Source: Haliotis rufescens (taxonomy: Eukaryota). Taken from it: a stretch of DNA of 64,000 bases. The notes below the pieces were generated by a model. The model made no database searches. It saw only the letters and a list, made by a program, of their open reading frames with translations, and was not told the DNA's origin. Positions 47,578-62,154 of the stretch are shown one piece after another. Both the position numbers and the translations under genes were made by a program. Numbering within the stretch: the stretch's first letter is position 1; every line of letters starts with the position of its first letter. The stretch lies in contig NW_025964334.1 in assembly GCF_023055435.1 (NCBI RefSeq), forward strand, positions 61,194,001 to 61,258,000. Direction: 5' to 3'.

Positions 47578-49289
47578 TATTGGTGACGTGGTGACTAATG
47601 GAAGCCATCGAGGACAGGGCTGGGGAGTAGACTCTAGAAAGGAAAGATGCGAGTGATCGTGAATGCTAACGTCGCTAGGATGTATTTAATCAAGAATATT
47701 AGGGTTTGCTTACAATTTAACGATTAATACTTACTTAAAAAACAGATTGATGACTTTGTCTACCATGACATTACAAGAAACAGAACAAACATTACAAGAG
47801 TGAGTGAGTGAGTTAATATTTAAAGTCACATCGGCACTATTTCAGCCATATCGTGACTTGAAAACATTACAAGAAACAGAACAGAAATTCAAACTGAGAA
47901 AAATGTGAAGTGACTTGGAAACATGTCACATGTCAAATACCACATACCACATACCAAATATCACATATAACATAAATTCTAGCACTTATCGTATAACACA
48001 TTTCTAATATCAAACAGCACATGTACCATTTTGCATATCACATAAGACATATTAAATATATAATAGCACATAAAACATATTGCATATCTTATAGCACTGT
48101 GGCCTATTGGGGAAGCGTCTGTCCGGAGGGCGAAAGGTCCGTTGCTCGATTCCCGGCCACGTCATACAAATAGACGTTAATAGATGGTACTTGTTGTTAA
48201 CCTGCCTGGCGCTTTGCATGAAGGACTGGTCGGCTTGGAGTCTGTGTCTGTGTAGGGTATTCATGTTAAACTGCGGCATCATATCTCAGTGGGCTAGCAC
48301 TATGAAATCGGAATTAGTCTGGACTAATACAAGCAGCCACACACACAGGCGTGCATACTTGTTACTATAAAAGCGCAATAATCTTGAACAGAAGGTAAAA
48401 ACCCATTTCACCTCGCCGCCTCGTATAACACACTAAATATCAAATAGTACATATATCATATTGCATATCATAAAATAAATATCAAATATCAAACGGAACA
48501 TATCGCATATTGCATATTATATAACATATATCTAATATCAAACAACAACACATATGAAATATTGAATATCCTATGAAATACAAAGATCACATATAAAATA
48601 CTGCACATAACATAACCTGTATCAAACAGCATATATTATAACAAATTTCATTTTGTGAGTAGGTGATATTGATAACAAAAGCAAAATAATTCTTTTAAAT
48701 AAAGTACAGTGTTTTCAATTGGGCTTTTATTCAAAATAATATCCTCAATCCAGTTATTACTACACAATGTGAACAGCACACTCCAGAATTGGTGCAGAAA
48801 CCCTGCTATTCCATTTGTCAAGATTTTGGCTTTCCAGCACTGCTGTTGTTCGAAATATAGAATTTACCAACACCCTCATCTCTGTCCTTCCTTAATCAGG
48901 CCACTCCCGTCCCAACCGACCTGGGATCGGAGACTGTCACAAGGCATGTGGACAAGACAGAGATGGAGATTGAAGACAGAATAACATCAGAGGTTACAAT
49001 ACCATATAAACAATGTCAAATATCAAATAGCTCACATAACATATTGGATAAAATATCATATAAGACATATCAAGTATGTAATATCACATAAAACATATTG
49101 CATATCATATAACACATATCAACTGTCAAATAGCACATATTCAATATCGTACAACACGACCGTCTTATGTATGAAATAGCACATTGCATTTTATATACCA
49201 AACATCAAATATAAAATAAATCATAAAACAGATTTCACATCACGTAACACAATATCAAACATAAAATGGTACATATAACACATTGCATA

Positions 49290-49980
49290 TCTGTTAGATT
49301 GAGAGTGGTGTACTTGATGGGACTGTTGGGTTGATGGTGGTGTAGGTGAATGGAATGTTAATTGATAGTGGTGTAGGTGCTGGAAATATCTGGTTGATGG
49401 TGGTGTATACCTAGGTGATGGGATTGTTGGGTGGATGGTGGTGCAAGTGATGAGAATGTTGGATCATGGTAGTGAAAGGGACGAGATTGTTGGGTTCATG
49501 GTTATCGTAGGGACGGAACTGTTAGATTGATGGTGTTAAAGGTGTTGGTATTGTCTTTTTGATTGGATTGTTGTGTTGATAGTGGTGTAGGTGATGAGAC
49601 TGTTTGGTTGATGGTGGTGTAGATGATGGGGTAGTTGGTATGATTGTGGTGTAGGTGATGGGAATATTTGGTTGATGGTGGTGTAGATAATGGGACTGTT
49701 GGGATGATGGTGATGTATGTACTGAGACTGCTCAGTTAATGAAAGTAAAAGTGATGAGACAGTTGGGTTAATGGATGTGTAGGCGATGGGTCTGGTGAAT
49801 TCATATGATGTAGGTGATGGGATTGTTTGGGTGATGGTGATCTACATCATGGGACTGTTGGGTTTATTTTGATGGAGGTAATGGTACTTTTAGGTTGATG
49901 CGGTGTAGGTGATGGGACTTCTTGGTTGATGAGGGTGTAGGTGATGGGACTGTTGCGTTGATGGTGATGTTGGGATTGGA
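49290..49980. repeat. Degenerate ~32-bp tandem repeat
   Basis: GGTGTAGGTGATGGGACTGTTGGGTTGATGGT-like units. Confidence 0.8.
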
Positions 49981-50607
49981 CTACATACGTATTTTGTATG
50001 TCGACTATGGATAGAAGTACACACACAGGTCTGTAAAGTTTATTTCTCGTTTCCAATGTCGAAACATAACTGGACTATTGCTCACACGTGGTTAAATCCC
50101 ACTCACTCACTCCCACTCACAGGACCATCGTCGTCGTGTGCAAAATGTCACGTGTTGTCCTGAAAACAGCTGCTAAAATTCACTGTTGTGTCTCGCGATG
50201 TCGTCTAACCAGTTTGTGGACCCTGCAATCCTCTGTTAACAGTTCAAGATGGTGAGGCTGGGTTCAAGTAACATGGCTTTAACAGCAACTGTTGTAGTTT
50301 CCACAAGCAACACAAAGGAATGTGGACTTCTGATCAAAGAAATAATGAAGGACAGATCTGTCACGTTTACGAGTTCTGTCATTAAGTTTTTCCAAATCGA
50401 ATGTGTGGTAGATTCCTGTCGTCAATCAAGTGATGAACCCAGGGAGATTGAAGAGAGACCAAGTATTCGTCCTGAGAATCATCCCTTTGTAAGTTATGTT
50501 TATGCATGTCAAGTGGATGTATGTAGACTAGTGTAGATGTGTGTGTATGTGAGTAGAAGCGTGCAGATATTGTGTGTGTCATGACCCCTGTTACTTCTGA
50601 TGTAGCT

Positions 50608-50777
50608 GGGGCGGTGGGGTGGCCTAGTGATAAAAAAGTTCGCTCGCCACGCCAAAGACCCGGGTTTGATTCCCCACATGAATACAATGTGTGAAGCCTA
50701 TTTCTGGTGTCCCCCGCCGTGATATTGCTGGAATATTGCCAAAAGCGGCATAAAACCATACTGACTGACTCACTCAC
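50608..50777 (+). mobile_element. Full-length tRNA-derived SINE (also ~52800-52965 - and ~20895-20980 - partial)
   Basis: tRNA-like head, (ACTC)n tail, TSD TCTGAT(G/A)TAGCT. Confidence 0.88.
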
Positions 50778-50849
50778 TCTGATATAGCTGATTATGCAAA
50801 CTCAATGTGCTCATATCCCAAGTTAAGTTCAACGCTGTGTTCAGATGTG

Positions 50850-52555
50850 CAGCCACATCCTACCTTCCCCTCTCTAGTGGGGGTGCAACTACACCCTACC
50901 TTACCTTCTCTGGTGGAGGTGCACCCGCATCCTACCTAACCTTCTCTAGTGGAGGTGCAACAGCAGCCTACCTTACCCTCTCTATTGGGGGTGCAACCAC
51001 ACACCTACCTTACCTTCTCTAGTGGAGGTGCAGCCACACGCTACCTTACCTTCTCTAGTGGAGTTGCAACCACACCCAATCTTACCTTCTCTAGTGGAGG
51101 TGTAACCACACCCTTCCTTACCTTCTCTAGTGGAGGTGTAACCACACCCAACCTTACCCTCTCTAATGGAGGTGCAACCACACACCTATCTTACCTTCTC
51201 TAATGGAGGTGCAACCACACCCTTCCTTACCTTCTCTAGTGGAGGTGTAACCACACCCAACCTTACCCTCTCTAATGGAGGTGCAACCACACACCTATCT
51301 TACCTTCTCTAGTGGGGGTGCAACCACACCCAATCTTACCTTCTCTAGTGGAGTTGCAACCACACACCTATCTTACCTTCTCTAGTGGCGGTGTAACCAC
51401 ACACCTATCTAACCTTCTCTAGTGGGGGTGCAACCACACCCAATCTTACCTTCTCTAGTGGAGTTGCAACCACACACCTATCTTACCTTCTCTAGTGGCG
51501 GTGTAACCACACACCTATCTTACCTTCTCTAGTGGGGGTGCAACCACACCTAATCTTACCTTATCTAGTGGAGTTGCAACCACACACCTATCTTACCTTC
51601 TCTAGTGGCGGTGTAACCACACACCTATCTAACCTTCTCTAGTGGGGGTGCAACCACACCCAATCTTACCTTCTCTAGTGGAGTTGCAACCACACACCTA
51701 TCTTACCTTCTCTAGTGGCGGTGTAACCACACACCTATCTTACCTTCTCCAGTGGGGGTGCAACCACACCTAATCTTACCTTCTCTAGTGGAGTTGCAAC
51801 CACACACCTATCTTACCTTCTCTAGTGGCGGTGTAACCACACACCTATCTAACCTTCTCTAGTGGGGGTGCAACCACACCCTTCCTTGCCTTCTCTAGTG
51901 GAGGTGCAACCACACCCTAACTTACCTTCTCTAGTGGAGGTGCAACCACACCCTAACTTACCTTCTCTAGTGGAGGTGCAACCACACGCTACCTTACCTT
52001 CTCTAGTTGAGGTGCAACCATACCCTACCTTACCTTCTCTTGTGGAGGTGCAACCACACCCAACCTTACCCTCTCTAGTGGAGGTGCAACCTGACATTAC
52101 CTTACACTCTAGTCTTGTGGAGGTGCAACCATACCCTACCTTACCTTCTCTAGTTGAGGTGCAACCATACCCTACCTTACCTTCTCTAGTGGAGGTGCAA
52201 CCACACCCTACCTTACCTTCTCTAGTTGAGGTGCAACCATACCCTACCTTACCTTCTCTTGTGGAGGTGCAACCACACCCAACCTTACCCTCTCTAGTGG
52301 AGGTGCAACCTGACATTACCTTACACTCTAGTCTTGTGGAGGTGCAACCACACCCTACCTTACCTTCTCTAGTTGAGGTGCAACCATACCCTACCCTACC
52401 TTCTCTAGTTGAGGTGCAACCACACCCTACCTTACCTTCTCTTGTGGAGGTGCAACCACACCCAACCTTACCCTCTCTAGTGGAGGTGCAACCTGACATT
52501 ACCTTACACTCTAGTCTTGTGGAGGTGCAAGCGCACCCTACCTTACCCACTCTTG
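50850..52555. repeat. 36-bp tandem satellite (with 37- and 39-bp variants)
   Basis: Unit CTTACCTTCTCTAGTGGAGGTGCAACCACACCCTAC. Confidence 0.95.
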
Positions 52556-53339
52556 TAGAAAAGCAAATGTGCACAACATATATTTGTGTTTTCACTGGAG
52601 TACTGTGGCTCAGTGAAGTTGTACTGCAGGAGTAGTCTCCCTTGCACTTTGTTTGTCCCGACAGAAAACCTCTCCCACCTCACTGCTGTGGTGTTGATAT
52701 CACTGAACTAACCGGTCACGCGCGGCTGTGTAGCGTACCTGGACCTGACGGAGTAGTCTCCCCTGTACCGTTTGGCGAATACAGACTCACAACAATGAAA
52801 GAGTGAGTGAGTATGGTTTTACTCCGCGTTTAGCAAGACTCCAGTAATATCACGGTAGGGACACCAGAAATGGACTTCAAAACATTGTACCAATGTCGGG
52901 AATGGAACCCGGGTCTTCGGCGTGTCGAGCGAACGCTTTATCTACTGGGCTACCAAACCGCCCCACATACAGGGTTGATGTGACCATAACTGCAGGCTGT
53001 ACAACATGTAACTTTTATAAGACATACGAAGATACCCTTTTACTGATATACACCGTATACATGACAGTCTGTGACCAGTGTAATATCGTGTCATTTTGAA
53101 CAGGCGGACTATTGTACCATATAACTGATTTATACCGTATACGTGACAGTATGTAACAAGTCTGATATCATCACTCTGGACAAACATGTATTTTGATCAT
53201 GCAGACCGAGCTACCTGGGATAGAATACACCATGCGAAATGTTCCTGATGCACGTGCCACGAAACCCATCACGTGCATTCAAACAGTTTAAATACCGGCA
53301 GTTGGATAGAATTTGGAGGGTCAACCGTTGACGATTTGT

Positions 53340-53870
53340 TCTTTTCATAGTCGAGTCCAGATACTGCCTAGACGCCAACGATGGAAGGCACGTGTCTGGA
53401 GGAAGATAACTGTACCATAGCGGAACACGATCATTTTGGAGGTGGAAGATTGATGGTGGGTGGCATCAAGGTGGGCCAAAGAACCGATCTTGTGGTCATC
53501 AGACGGGGTACCATAACTGGCGTACGTTACAGAGATCAGATTATCACATCTGTCATCGTTCCTCTAGCACAACAAACTGGTCCTAACTTCATCTTCATTG
53601 ATGATAACGCCCGTCAGTATCGAGCAAGAGTCGTCACTGTACACACATGGACTGGAAAGCGAGATCACCGGAGCATCCAATTGAAGATGCTTGGGACATG
53701 TTTATTTATAGTCGCGATGTTCAGCCCCAGACTCAACTTGAGAAGGTTTTACGGGTAGAATTGCATTATACTCCTCAGCAGCAACTTGATCGTCTCATTT
53801 GGCCAATGCCAAAACGTGTACAAGACTGTAGTCGTGCATCTCACAGCAACTGGATGTTGTAACATCATTA
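53340..53870 (+). mobile_element. Tc1-like transposase fragment
   Basis: FGGGRLMVG, FIDDNARQYRAR, DWKARSP..PIEDAW. Confidence 0.8.
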
Positions 53871-54564
53871 AGATGGATTTTCCGAATCGTGCAGAAAGCA
53901 CATTTTGCGCGATGTTTCCAAGGGTGCATGTGTTTCCACGTTTTTGTTTAATGATTTTTTCTGTTAACTTTTGGTTATTGTGTGCAAATCTTTAAGTTTG
54001 CTAGTACATAGTTCACTAACTTGACACGTGTGTCAGAAAAATATTATCCTGAAAAAAGTTCTTGTTGCTTAATTTTTCTGTGAGGAGTGTATATGAATGA
54101 AAGTTTGAAGAAGGTAAATACACAGTGAGTGAGGTTGGTTTACCGCCGCCTTGAACACTATTTGAGGTATATCACTGTGTGGCAGCTTGATAAATACAGT
54201 CGTAAGTGAGTTTGATGAAACCAACGAGCAGGCGTACGGGCCTTGTGCATCATCATTGTATTCTGGCAACTCCGCACAACGAACAAAACGAACACATTGC
54301 GCTGTATATGCTCAATCAGTATGTTTACCCCGTAATACTTCCCTCGAACACAGGACAGGCATATAAAGCATGTACCATGGGAACTCTGTAGGCTAAAGTG
54401 AAGTGTTCTCCCCCAAGGAAAACTAAGCAAACCTTGTAAGGTTTCGATCTGAAGGTTTCGGCGATATTATGTGACGCAAAATTGTGACCCAAAAATATGA
54501 CGTAACAGTCGAATAAAGAAAAGCACCAAATTTCAGGTATCCGTTGTCCCCAAAATTTGTAATT

Positions 54565-57535
54565 CGTATAGCTGTGCCACCCGTTGTTCCTTCGTATAGA
54601 ACATACGGCTGAGCCACCCGTTCTTCCCACGCATAGATGATAAAGCTGTGCCGTCCGTTCTTCCCTCGTATAGATGATAAAGCTGTGTCACCCGTTCTTC
54701 CTTCGTATAGAACATAAAGCTGTTCCACCCGTTTTTCCTTCGTATAGATGATAAAGCTGTGTCACCCGTTCTACCCTCGTATAGATGATAAAGCTGTGCC
54801 ACCCGTTCTACCTTCGTATAGAACATAAAGCTGTGCCACCCGTTCTACCCTCGTATAGCACATAAAGCTGTGCCACCCGTTCTTCCTTCGTATAGATGAT
54901 AAAGCTGTGTCACCCGTTCTTCCTTCGTATAGATGATAAAACTGTGCCACCCGTTCTTCCCTCGTATAGATAATAAATCTGTGCCACCCGTTCTTCCCTC
55001 GTATAGAACATAAAGCTGTGCCACCCGTTCTACCTTCGTATAGATGATAAAGCTGTGTCACCCGTTCTTCCTTCGTATAGAACATAAACCTGTGCCACCC
55101 GTTCTTCCCTCGTATAGATGATAAAGCTGTGTCACCCGTTCTTCCTTCGTATAGAACATAAAGCTGTGCCACCCGTTCTACCCTCGTATAGCACATAAAG
55201 CTGTGCCACCCGTTCTTCCTTCGAATAGAACATAAAGCTGTGCCACCCGTTCTACCCTCGTATAGCACATAAAGCTGTGTCACCCGTTCTTCCTTCGTAT
55301 AGATGATAAAGCTGTGCCAACCGTTCTTCCTTCGTATAGATGATAAAACTGTGCCACCCGTTCTACCCTCGTATAGAACATAAAGCTGTGTCACCCGTTC
55401 TACCTTCGTATAGATGATAAAGCTGTGTCACCCGTTCTTCCTTCGTATAGAACATAAGGCTGTGCCACCCGTTCTACCCTCGTGTAGCACATAAAGCTGT
55501 GCCACCCGTTCTTCCTTCGTATAGAACATAAAGCTGTGCCACCCGTTCTTCCCTCGTATAGAACATAAAGCTGTGCCACCCGTTCTTCCTTTGTATAGAA
55601 CATAAAGCTGTGCCACCCGTTCTTCCTTTGTATAGAACATAAAGCTGTGACACCCGTTCTTCCCTCATATAGAACATGAAGCTGTGTCACCCGTCCTTCC
55701 CTCGTATAGAACATAAAGCTGTGTCATCTGTTCTTCCCTCGTATAGAACATAAAGCTGTGTCAACCGTTCTTCCTTCGTGTAGATGATAAATCTGTGACA
55801 ACTGTTCTTCCCTCGTATAGAACAGAAATCTGTGACACCCGTTCTTCCCTCATATAGAACAGAAATCTGTGACATCCGTTCTTCCCTCGTATCGAACATA
55901 AATCTGTGACACCCGTTCTTCCCTCGTATAGAACATAAATCTGTGACACCCGTTCTTCCCTCGTATAGAACAGAAATCTGTGATACCCGTTCTTCCCTCG
56001 TATAGAGGATAAATCTGTGACACCCGTTCTTTCCTCGTATAGAACATAAATCTGTGACACCCGTTCTTCCCTCGTATAGAACAGAAATCTGTCACACCCG
56101 TTCTTCCTTCGTATAGAACGTAAATCTGTGACACCCGTTCTTCCTTCGTATAGCACATAAATCTGTGACACCCGTTCTTCCCTCGAATAGAACGTAAATC
56201 TGTGACACCCGTTCTTCCCTCGTATAGAACATAAATCTGTGACACCCGTTCTTCCCTCGTATAGAACAGAAATCTGTGACAACCGTTCTTCCCTCGTATA
56301 GAACAGAAATCTGTGACACCCGTTCTTCCTTCGTATAGAACAAAAATCTGTGACACCCGTTCTTCCCTCGTATAGAACAGAAATCTGTGACACCCGTTCT
56401 TCCCTCGTATAGAACATAAATCTGTGACACCCGTTCTTCCCTCGTATAGAACATAAATCTGTGACACCCGTTCTTCCCTCGTATAGAACGTAAATCTGTG
56501 ACACCCGTTCTTCCTTCGTATAGAACATAAATCTGTGACACCCGTTCTTCCCTCGTATAGAACATAAATCTGTGACACCCGTTCTTCCCTCGTATAGAAC
56601 GTAAATCTGTGACACCCGTTCTTCCTTCGTATAGAACATAAATCTGTGACACCCGTTCTTCCCTCGTATAGAACATAAATCTGTGACACCCGTTCTTCCC
56701 TCGTATAGAACACAAATCTGTGACACCCGTTCTTCCTTCGTATAGAACGTAAATCTGTGACATCCGTTCTTCCCTCGTATAGAACAGAAATCTGTCACAC
56801 CCGTTCTTCCCTCGTATAGAACAGAAATCTGTGACACCCGTTCTTCCTTCGTATAGAACGTAAATCTGTGACACCCGTTCTTCCCTCGTATAGAACAGAA
56901 ATCTGTGACACCCGTTCTTCCCTCGTATAGAACAGAAATCTGTGACACCCGTTCTTCCTTCGTATAGAACGTAAATCTGTGACACCCGTTCTTCCCTCGT
57001 ATAGAACGTAAATCTGTGACACCCGTTCTTCCCTCGTATAGAACATAAATCTGTGACACCCGTTCTTCCCTCGTATAGAACAGAAATCTGTGACACCCGT
57101 TCTTCCTTCGTATAGAACGTAAATCTGTGACATCCGTTCTTCCTTCGTATAGAACGTAAATCTGTGACACCCGTTCTTCCCTCGTATAGAACAGAAATCT
57201 GTCCCACCCGTTCTTCCTTTGTATAGAACATAAATCTGTGACACCCGTTCTTCCCTCGTATAGAACATAAATCTGTGACACCCGTTCTTCCCTCGTATAG
57301 AACATAAATCTGTGACATCCGTTCTTCCCTCGTATAGAACAGAAATCTGTGACACCCGTTCTTCCCTCGTATAGAACAGAAATCTGTGACACCCGTTCTT
57401 CCTTCGTATAGAACGTAAATCTGTGACACCCGTTCTTCCCTCGTATAGAACAGAAATCTGTGACACCCGTTCCTCCCTCGTATAGAACAGAAATCTGTGA
57501 CACCCGTTCTTCCCTCGTATAGAACGTAAATCTGT
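54565..57535. repeat. 37-bp tandem satellite (~80 units, two sub-families)
   Basis: Unit ATCTGTGACACCCGTTCTTCCCTCGTATAGAACATAA; the AGCTGTGCCA variant dominates to ~55780. Confidence 0.97.
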
Positions 57536-57569
57536 GTCTTCCAGGTTCCAGGTTCCAGGTTCACCATCC

Positions 57570-57790
57570 TGCGTTGAAGTAGATCCATCTGATTGTGTTG
57601 AGCGATTTGTAACCATGGACGGGTCTTGTGTTCACAACTATCAGTCAGACACTAAACAACATTCAAAGCACTGGAAACATCCAGCGTCTGTTCCATTAGC
57701 TGGCAAAGTGATACCTTCGATTTTCTGGAAAGGAACCCCCATTGTGGAGTCCCTCGCGAAACGCCAGAGCCTTGATGGCCACCCGTCGTA
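57570..57790 (+). mobile_element. mariner-like transposase fragment
   Basis: RFVTMDGSCVHNY..DTKQHSKHWKH...AGKVIPSIFW. Confidence 0.75.
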
Positions 57791-58207
57791 AGTACCAGCA
57801 ACCTTACTTTTCGGGTACCCATCTAAGTTCTAGAAATCATACCTTTCGGGTGCCCATCTAAATATTATCAAGTATACTTGTTGGCTGCCAATCTGAGTTC
57901 TCTGCATATTCCATGTTGGGAACCCATAAAAGTGCTACACACCTTATCTGTAGGGTAACCATTTAAATAAGATTAAACATACCTGTCGAGCATCAGTCTT
58001 AGTGCTATCGACCTTACCTGTCATGTACCACTCTAGGAAATGTCAACCTCCCCTGTCGGGTACCCATCAAAGTACTATTGACCTTACAGCTTTATCTCAT
58101 TTTAAAGCTATAAAAGTGGCTACAATACTGTCCTTCAATGATCCTCTAGTACAATTATCCTCTAGATCAACTGGCTTTGTACATAATTATGTCATGCGTA
58201 TTTGTTA

Positions 58208-58503
58208 CGTTTGTTTGTTGTTTAACGCCGTACTCGGCAATATTCCAGCTATATGACGGCGGTCTGTAAAATAATCGAGTCTGGACCAGACAATCCAGTG
58301 ATTGACATCATGAGCATCGATCCACGCAATTGGGATCGATGACCAAGTCAGCGAGCCTGACCACACGATCCCGTAAGTCGCCTTTGATGACAAGCATAGT
58401 CGCCTTTTACGGCAAGCATAGTCGCCTTTTACGGCAAGCATAGTCGCCTTTTACGGCAAGTATGGGTTGCTGGAGACCTATTCTACCCCGGAATCTTCAC
58501 GGA
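58208..58503 (-). mobile_element. SINE with internal 26-bp triplication
   Basis: Same family as the 20055-20320 copy; CAAGCATAGTCGCCTTTTACGG repeated. Confidence 0.85.
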
Positions 58504-61500
58504 TCCGTTTTTTTACGAAGTGAATCGTTACCTTGACTTTGTATCTCATAACATATGTTATGTAACTGCGTTGTATATGGGCCTGTGGCCTTTCGTAAAA
58601 AAAATAAATTATTGATTGTCTTACATATTCTAAAAACTTGATATGTCCAGTAAACAGCTGGAAAGGATTTTTTTTCTGAAAAACAGTGAAGTGTCAGGGA
58701 GTGCCAGGACAGTATGTGTGGCAACATGTCTAAGTTTATGCATGTCTACATACAGGAGCGGTCTGAACCCCAGCATGTCTGTGACAACGTTTTTATGAGT
58801 ACTGTGTCTGAGTGGGGTATTCATGTTAAACTGCGGCATGGGATCTCAGTGGGCGAGCACTATAACATCGGCGTTAGTCTGGACTAGCACAAGCAGCCAC
58901 ACAAACACCTGCATGGACGTCGCTATAAAAGTGCAATAATCTTGGACGCGACGATAAACCCCCTTTCACATCACCTCACCTAAAAACGTTTCTATTAACC
59001 CTCATATGTCCACAGAACACATCAGTTTTGTGACTAAACGTCTCTTGTTGACGTGTACAGATTTGTCCATTTACACATACAAGCCACCCCCACCGAATCC
59101 CCTCTACCCCCACAACCTCACTCCAGCTACACAGCCAAGTCTCGCAAATACCAGCAATCAGTCGTCCCCGCCTACCCTCTCCTGTCCATGAATAATACTA
59201 TAGTTGGACTCTTATGGTGTTCTTCGTTCAAGATGCACGGAGACGCAGTTTGGTGGGCGTGACCTGTGTTAGGGACGACCCGAGTATTTACAGGGAGGGC
59301 TCAACTGACAGAGACACCCTCACGCTGAAAGACACTGCAAGACACTGCCAGACACTGCAAGACACTGCAAGACACTGCAAAACAGTGCCGTGCATATATC
59401 CCCTCTGTGTACCAGTAAGAACCTGCTACCTATCCAGATAGTCATCTCAAAGATTATCAGGTATTACACAGACTTACACAAAGACACAATAAATATTCTG
59501 CTTCATGAATAAATCCGCTTCGACAGGCTGTCGTTTTCTGGCAACATTTCAAAGGGCGTTCCGTCAACATTCAGGAACATATGCGTCATACATTCAATCT
59601 TTAGTATTTTATAATAACGCACAACAAACATCCCGTCACATGAATACATGCAACACACATACAGGACACACAACCTGCCTCGACACAGTGAATGTGTTAC
59701 ACAATGGACGAGCAAGTGTGAGAGGTCCCTTTAGTCCTTATCTGGCAACGTTTCAAAGGTTTTCTTCCTTGCATTCAGTTATATCTGCGTCGCTGTTTTC
59801 ATACATTTAATCTTCCGCACTTCACTCCCTGATCAATGTTCAAAGCTGTAACATGCCTTTTCAAGCACACCAGTTTGATGACTAGCAGATCTCGAATATA
59901 CCCTCAGCCTGGGTGAAAAGGAAGGTGCGATTTCTGACCTCAAAGTTTCAATGTGCAATGTTTTGAGAGAGATTATTCACAACCGTCACCGCGCAGCACG
60001 AAACACGGACGCTTCTCTGAGTACAAATTTGACAGTGTTGAAAGTAAATTAGCATAATAAAGGTTGATTTTTAAGTTCGAGTGCGATACTTTCGGTATCA
60101 ATAGAAACAGAAAATGAATAAATAATTTAGTTTCAATCAATTACTGAAACATGCCTGTCTTTTGTGCCCTTAAAAGAACACAAAATGATATATGAAATAA
60201 AAACATGAATCATCAAATGACGTCAATTTATGAGTTTATATTTGGTTTTCCAAGTACAGTTTGTTTAAATATTGCTGTATTAATAATTGAGCAGAGTCAG
60301 GTGAAGAATCATAGTAAAACAACAGCGTATAATAGCTACTTGATATTGAACTTTCAGGAAAAAGTTTATTTCGTGTCGCGTTTCCATTACCATAACACCG
60401 GTGTGGCAGGATAAACGCTCAGCTTTACGTAAACATCGGGCGATTGACTCATAAGCACATGCTGAGGCTATAGTCGGAATCGTGCAATCGCTTTTGTTCG
60501 AGATTTCTTATGAATATGGGAAGGCGTTTATCTTCGTCATGTCCTCTAACACATGAGGCTACATAAAAAAAATAAAAATGAAAGCCACGACAATCATCAT
60601 AGATGCTCTGAGTGAATGGGTGGGTGTGTGGGTGAGTGATCGATTGATACATAAAACACTAACTACAGATTTCGTATAATTGCACTCCAACCAACTTGAA
60701 TCACTCCATCAGTTAAACCGGAATACCTCCAATGCTCTGAAAGAAGTTATACACGACAATGGAGGAGCAAGGGTCAACGTTCCATTTGATATTGTTCATG
60801 TCAATTTTTCAAATGACAGATTTGCAGTGATACATCAAGCAAACCTTTGCCATTTGCCAAACGTTTATGGCTCTAGAACGCCCAAATCATATCGAGTGAG
60901 TGTTTGTGAACAGTTCGATGTTGGATGTTTAACACATACCATCACACACCACACATCAACCTTTCATATCATGTACCCATCTGCAAGAGGGAAAACACCC
61001 AGGTAAAACTTAATGACAGTCTGATATGGCCTCCCTCTCACACGCATTTATTAAGAGCTCAAGAGTGACCACAAACAACTAAAACTCTGCACACATGTTT
61101 ATCATTTACATGTGGAAATGTGAACACGAAAGTGCGACGATGTGCAGGAGGTACAACTGTATGAACATTTGCATATTAACTTATCAGATGCCACACACGA
61201 ACAATGTATCACATTCTTGACTACATAAATAGCTTATGACTGACAACATGTTTACTGGACTGAGGGACACATATTTCCCTGTTTCACTACGTGAAATGAC
61301 CGGCTTTATTAGCAAATCAGGAGACAGTAGGTCGCTACAAGACGTGGCCTACTTTTTAGTTTGGTTAACAGGAGCAAGGACACGCACACAAGTGTCTTGG
61401 TTAGCCATATCAGATGCCATGGAATCACTTACAATTTATTTATTTCCCAATAAAAATGAATGTTCCTGCAAAAACTACTTAAACTATGGGCGCCAATAGC

Positions 61501-62154
61501 CATACATAACTGTTTGGTTTCAACGGTATTTCAGTTACATCACTGTGTGACAGATTGGTCATGAAATAAAGCCCGAAGTAATATAACCTACATGTATCAC
61601 TTTGATGAAAGCCACGTGCACGGGACCGGTGCATGAAAGTATTCAGGCACGACTATGTATATGCTCAAACAGTTTGTTTCCGCCGTAAAACTTCACTCGA
61701 ACCTATGACAGGCACTTCGTAAGCTGACATGATGTTGACACTCCTAAAGAAACCTAAGCAAATTTTGCAAGGTTTCGTTCTATGAACACCACAAGTCGAT
61801 ATTACGTAACGCAAATTGTGACGCGAAAATATGACGCCACGGTCGTGTATAGGAGAGCGCCAAATTTCAAGCATCTGTTGCCCCCAAAACCTGAAATACA
61901 ATCTCTTTGTAGATTTGAATCACAGTGTACATACATACATCTCGTGAATAGTGTAGTAACCGCAACTTTTGTAATGTAAGATTGTAAATATAATTATTTT
62001 AAAAAAGGTATAAGGATAATTTGTATGTAGAACTTTTTCCCGCGTACCGTTTCTGTTCTGGGTGATATGACTAATGCCCCTCACTCTAGGCCACATAGTG
62101 CTAGCTGGCATTATACGTAGGCCATTGATGCATTGTGGTTTTTATACACACTCA

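Noticed and set aside
50122-50490. Exon-like segment with acceptor and gtaagt donor (similar cases ~1350-1660 and ~60669-61002)
   Set aside because: No frame stays open across the segment and no recognisable domain is present.
47248-50700. tRNA genes
   Set aside because: The tRNA-like heads continue into SINE bodies with simple-repeat tails and TSDs.
43226-57535. 30-37 bp repeat arrays resembling CRISPR repeats
   Set aside because: The units are head-to-tail with no unique spacers, there are no cas genes, and the context is eukaryotic.
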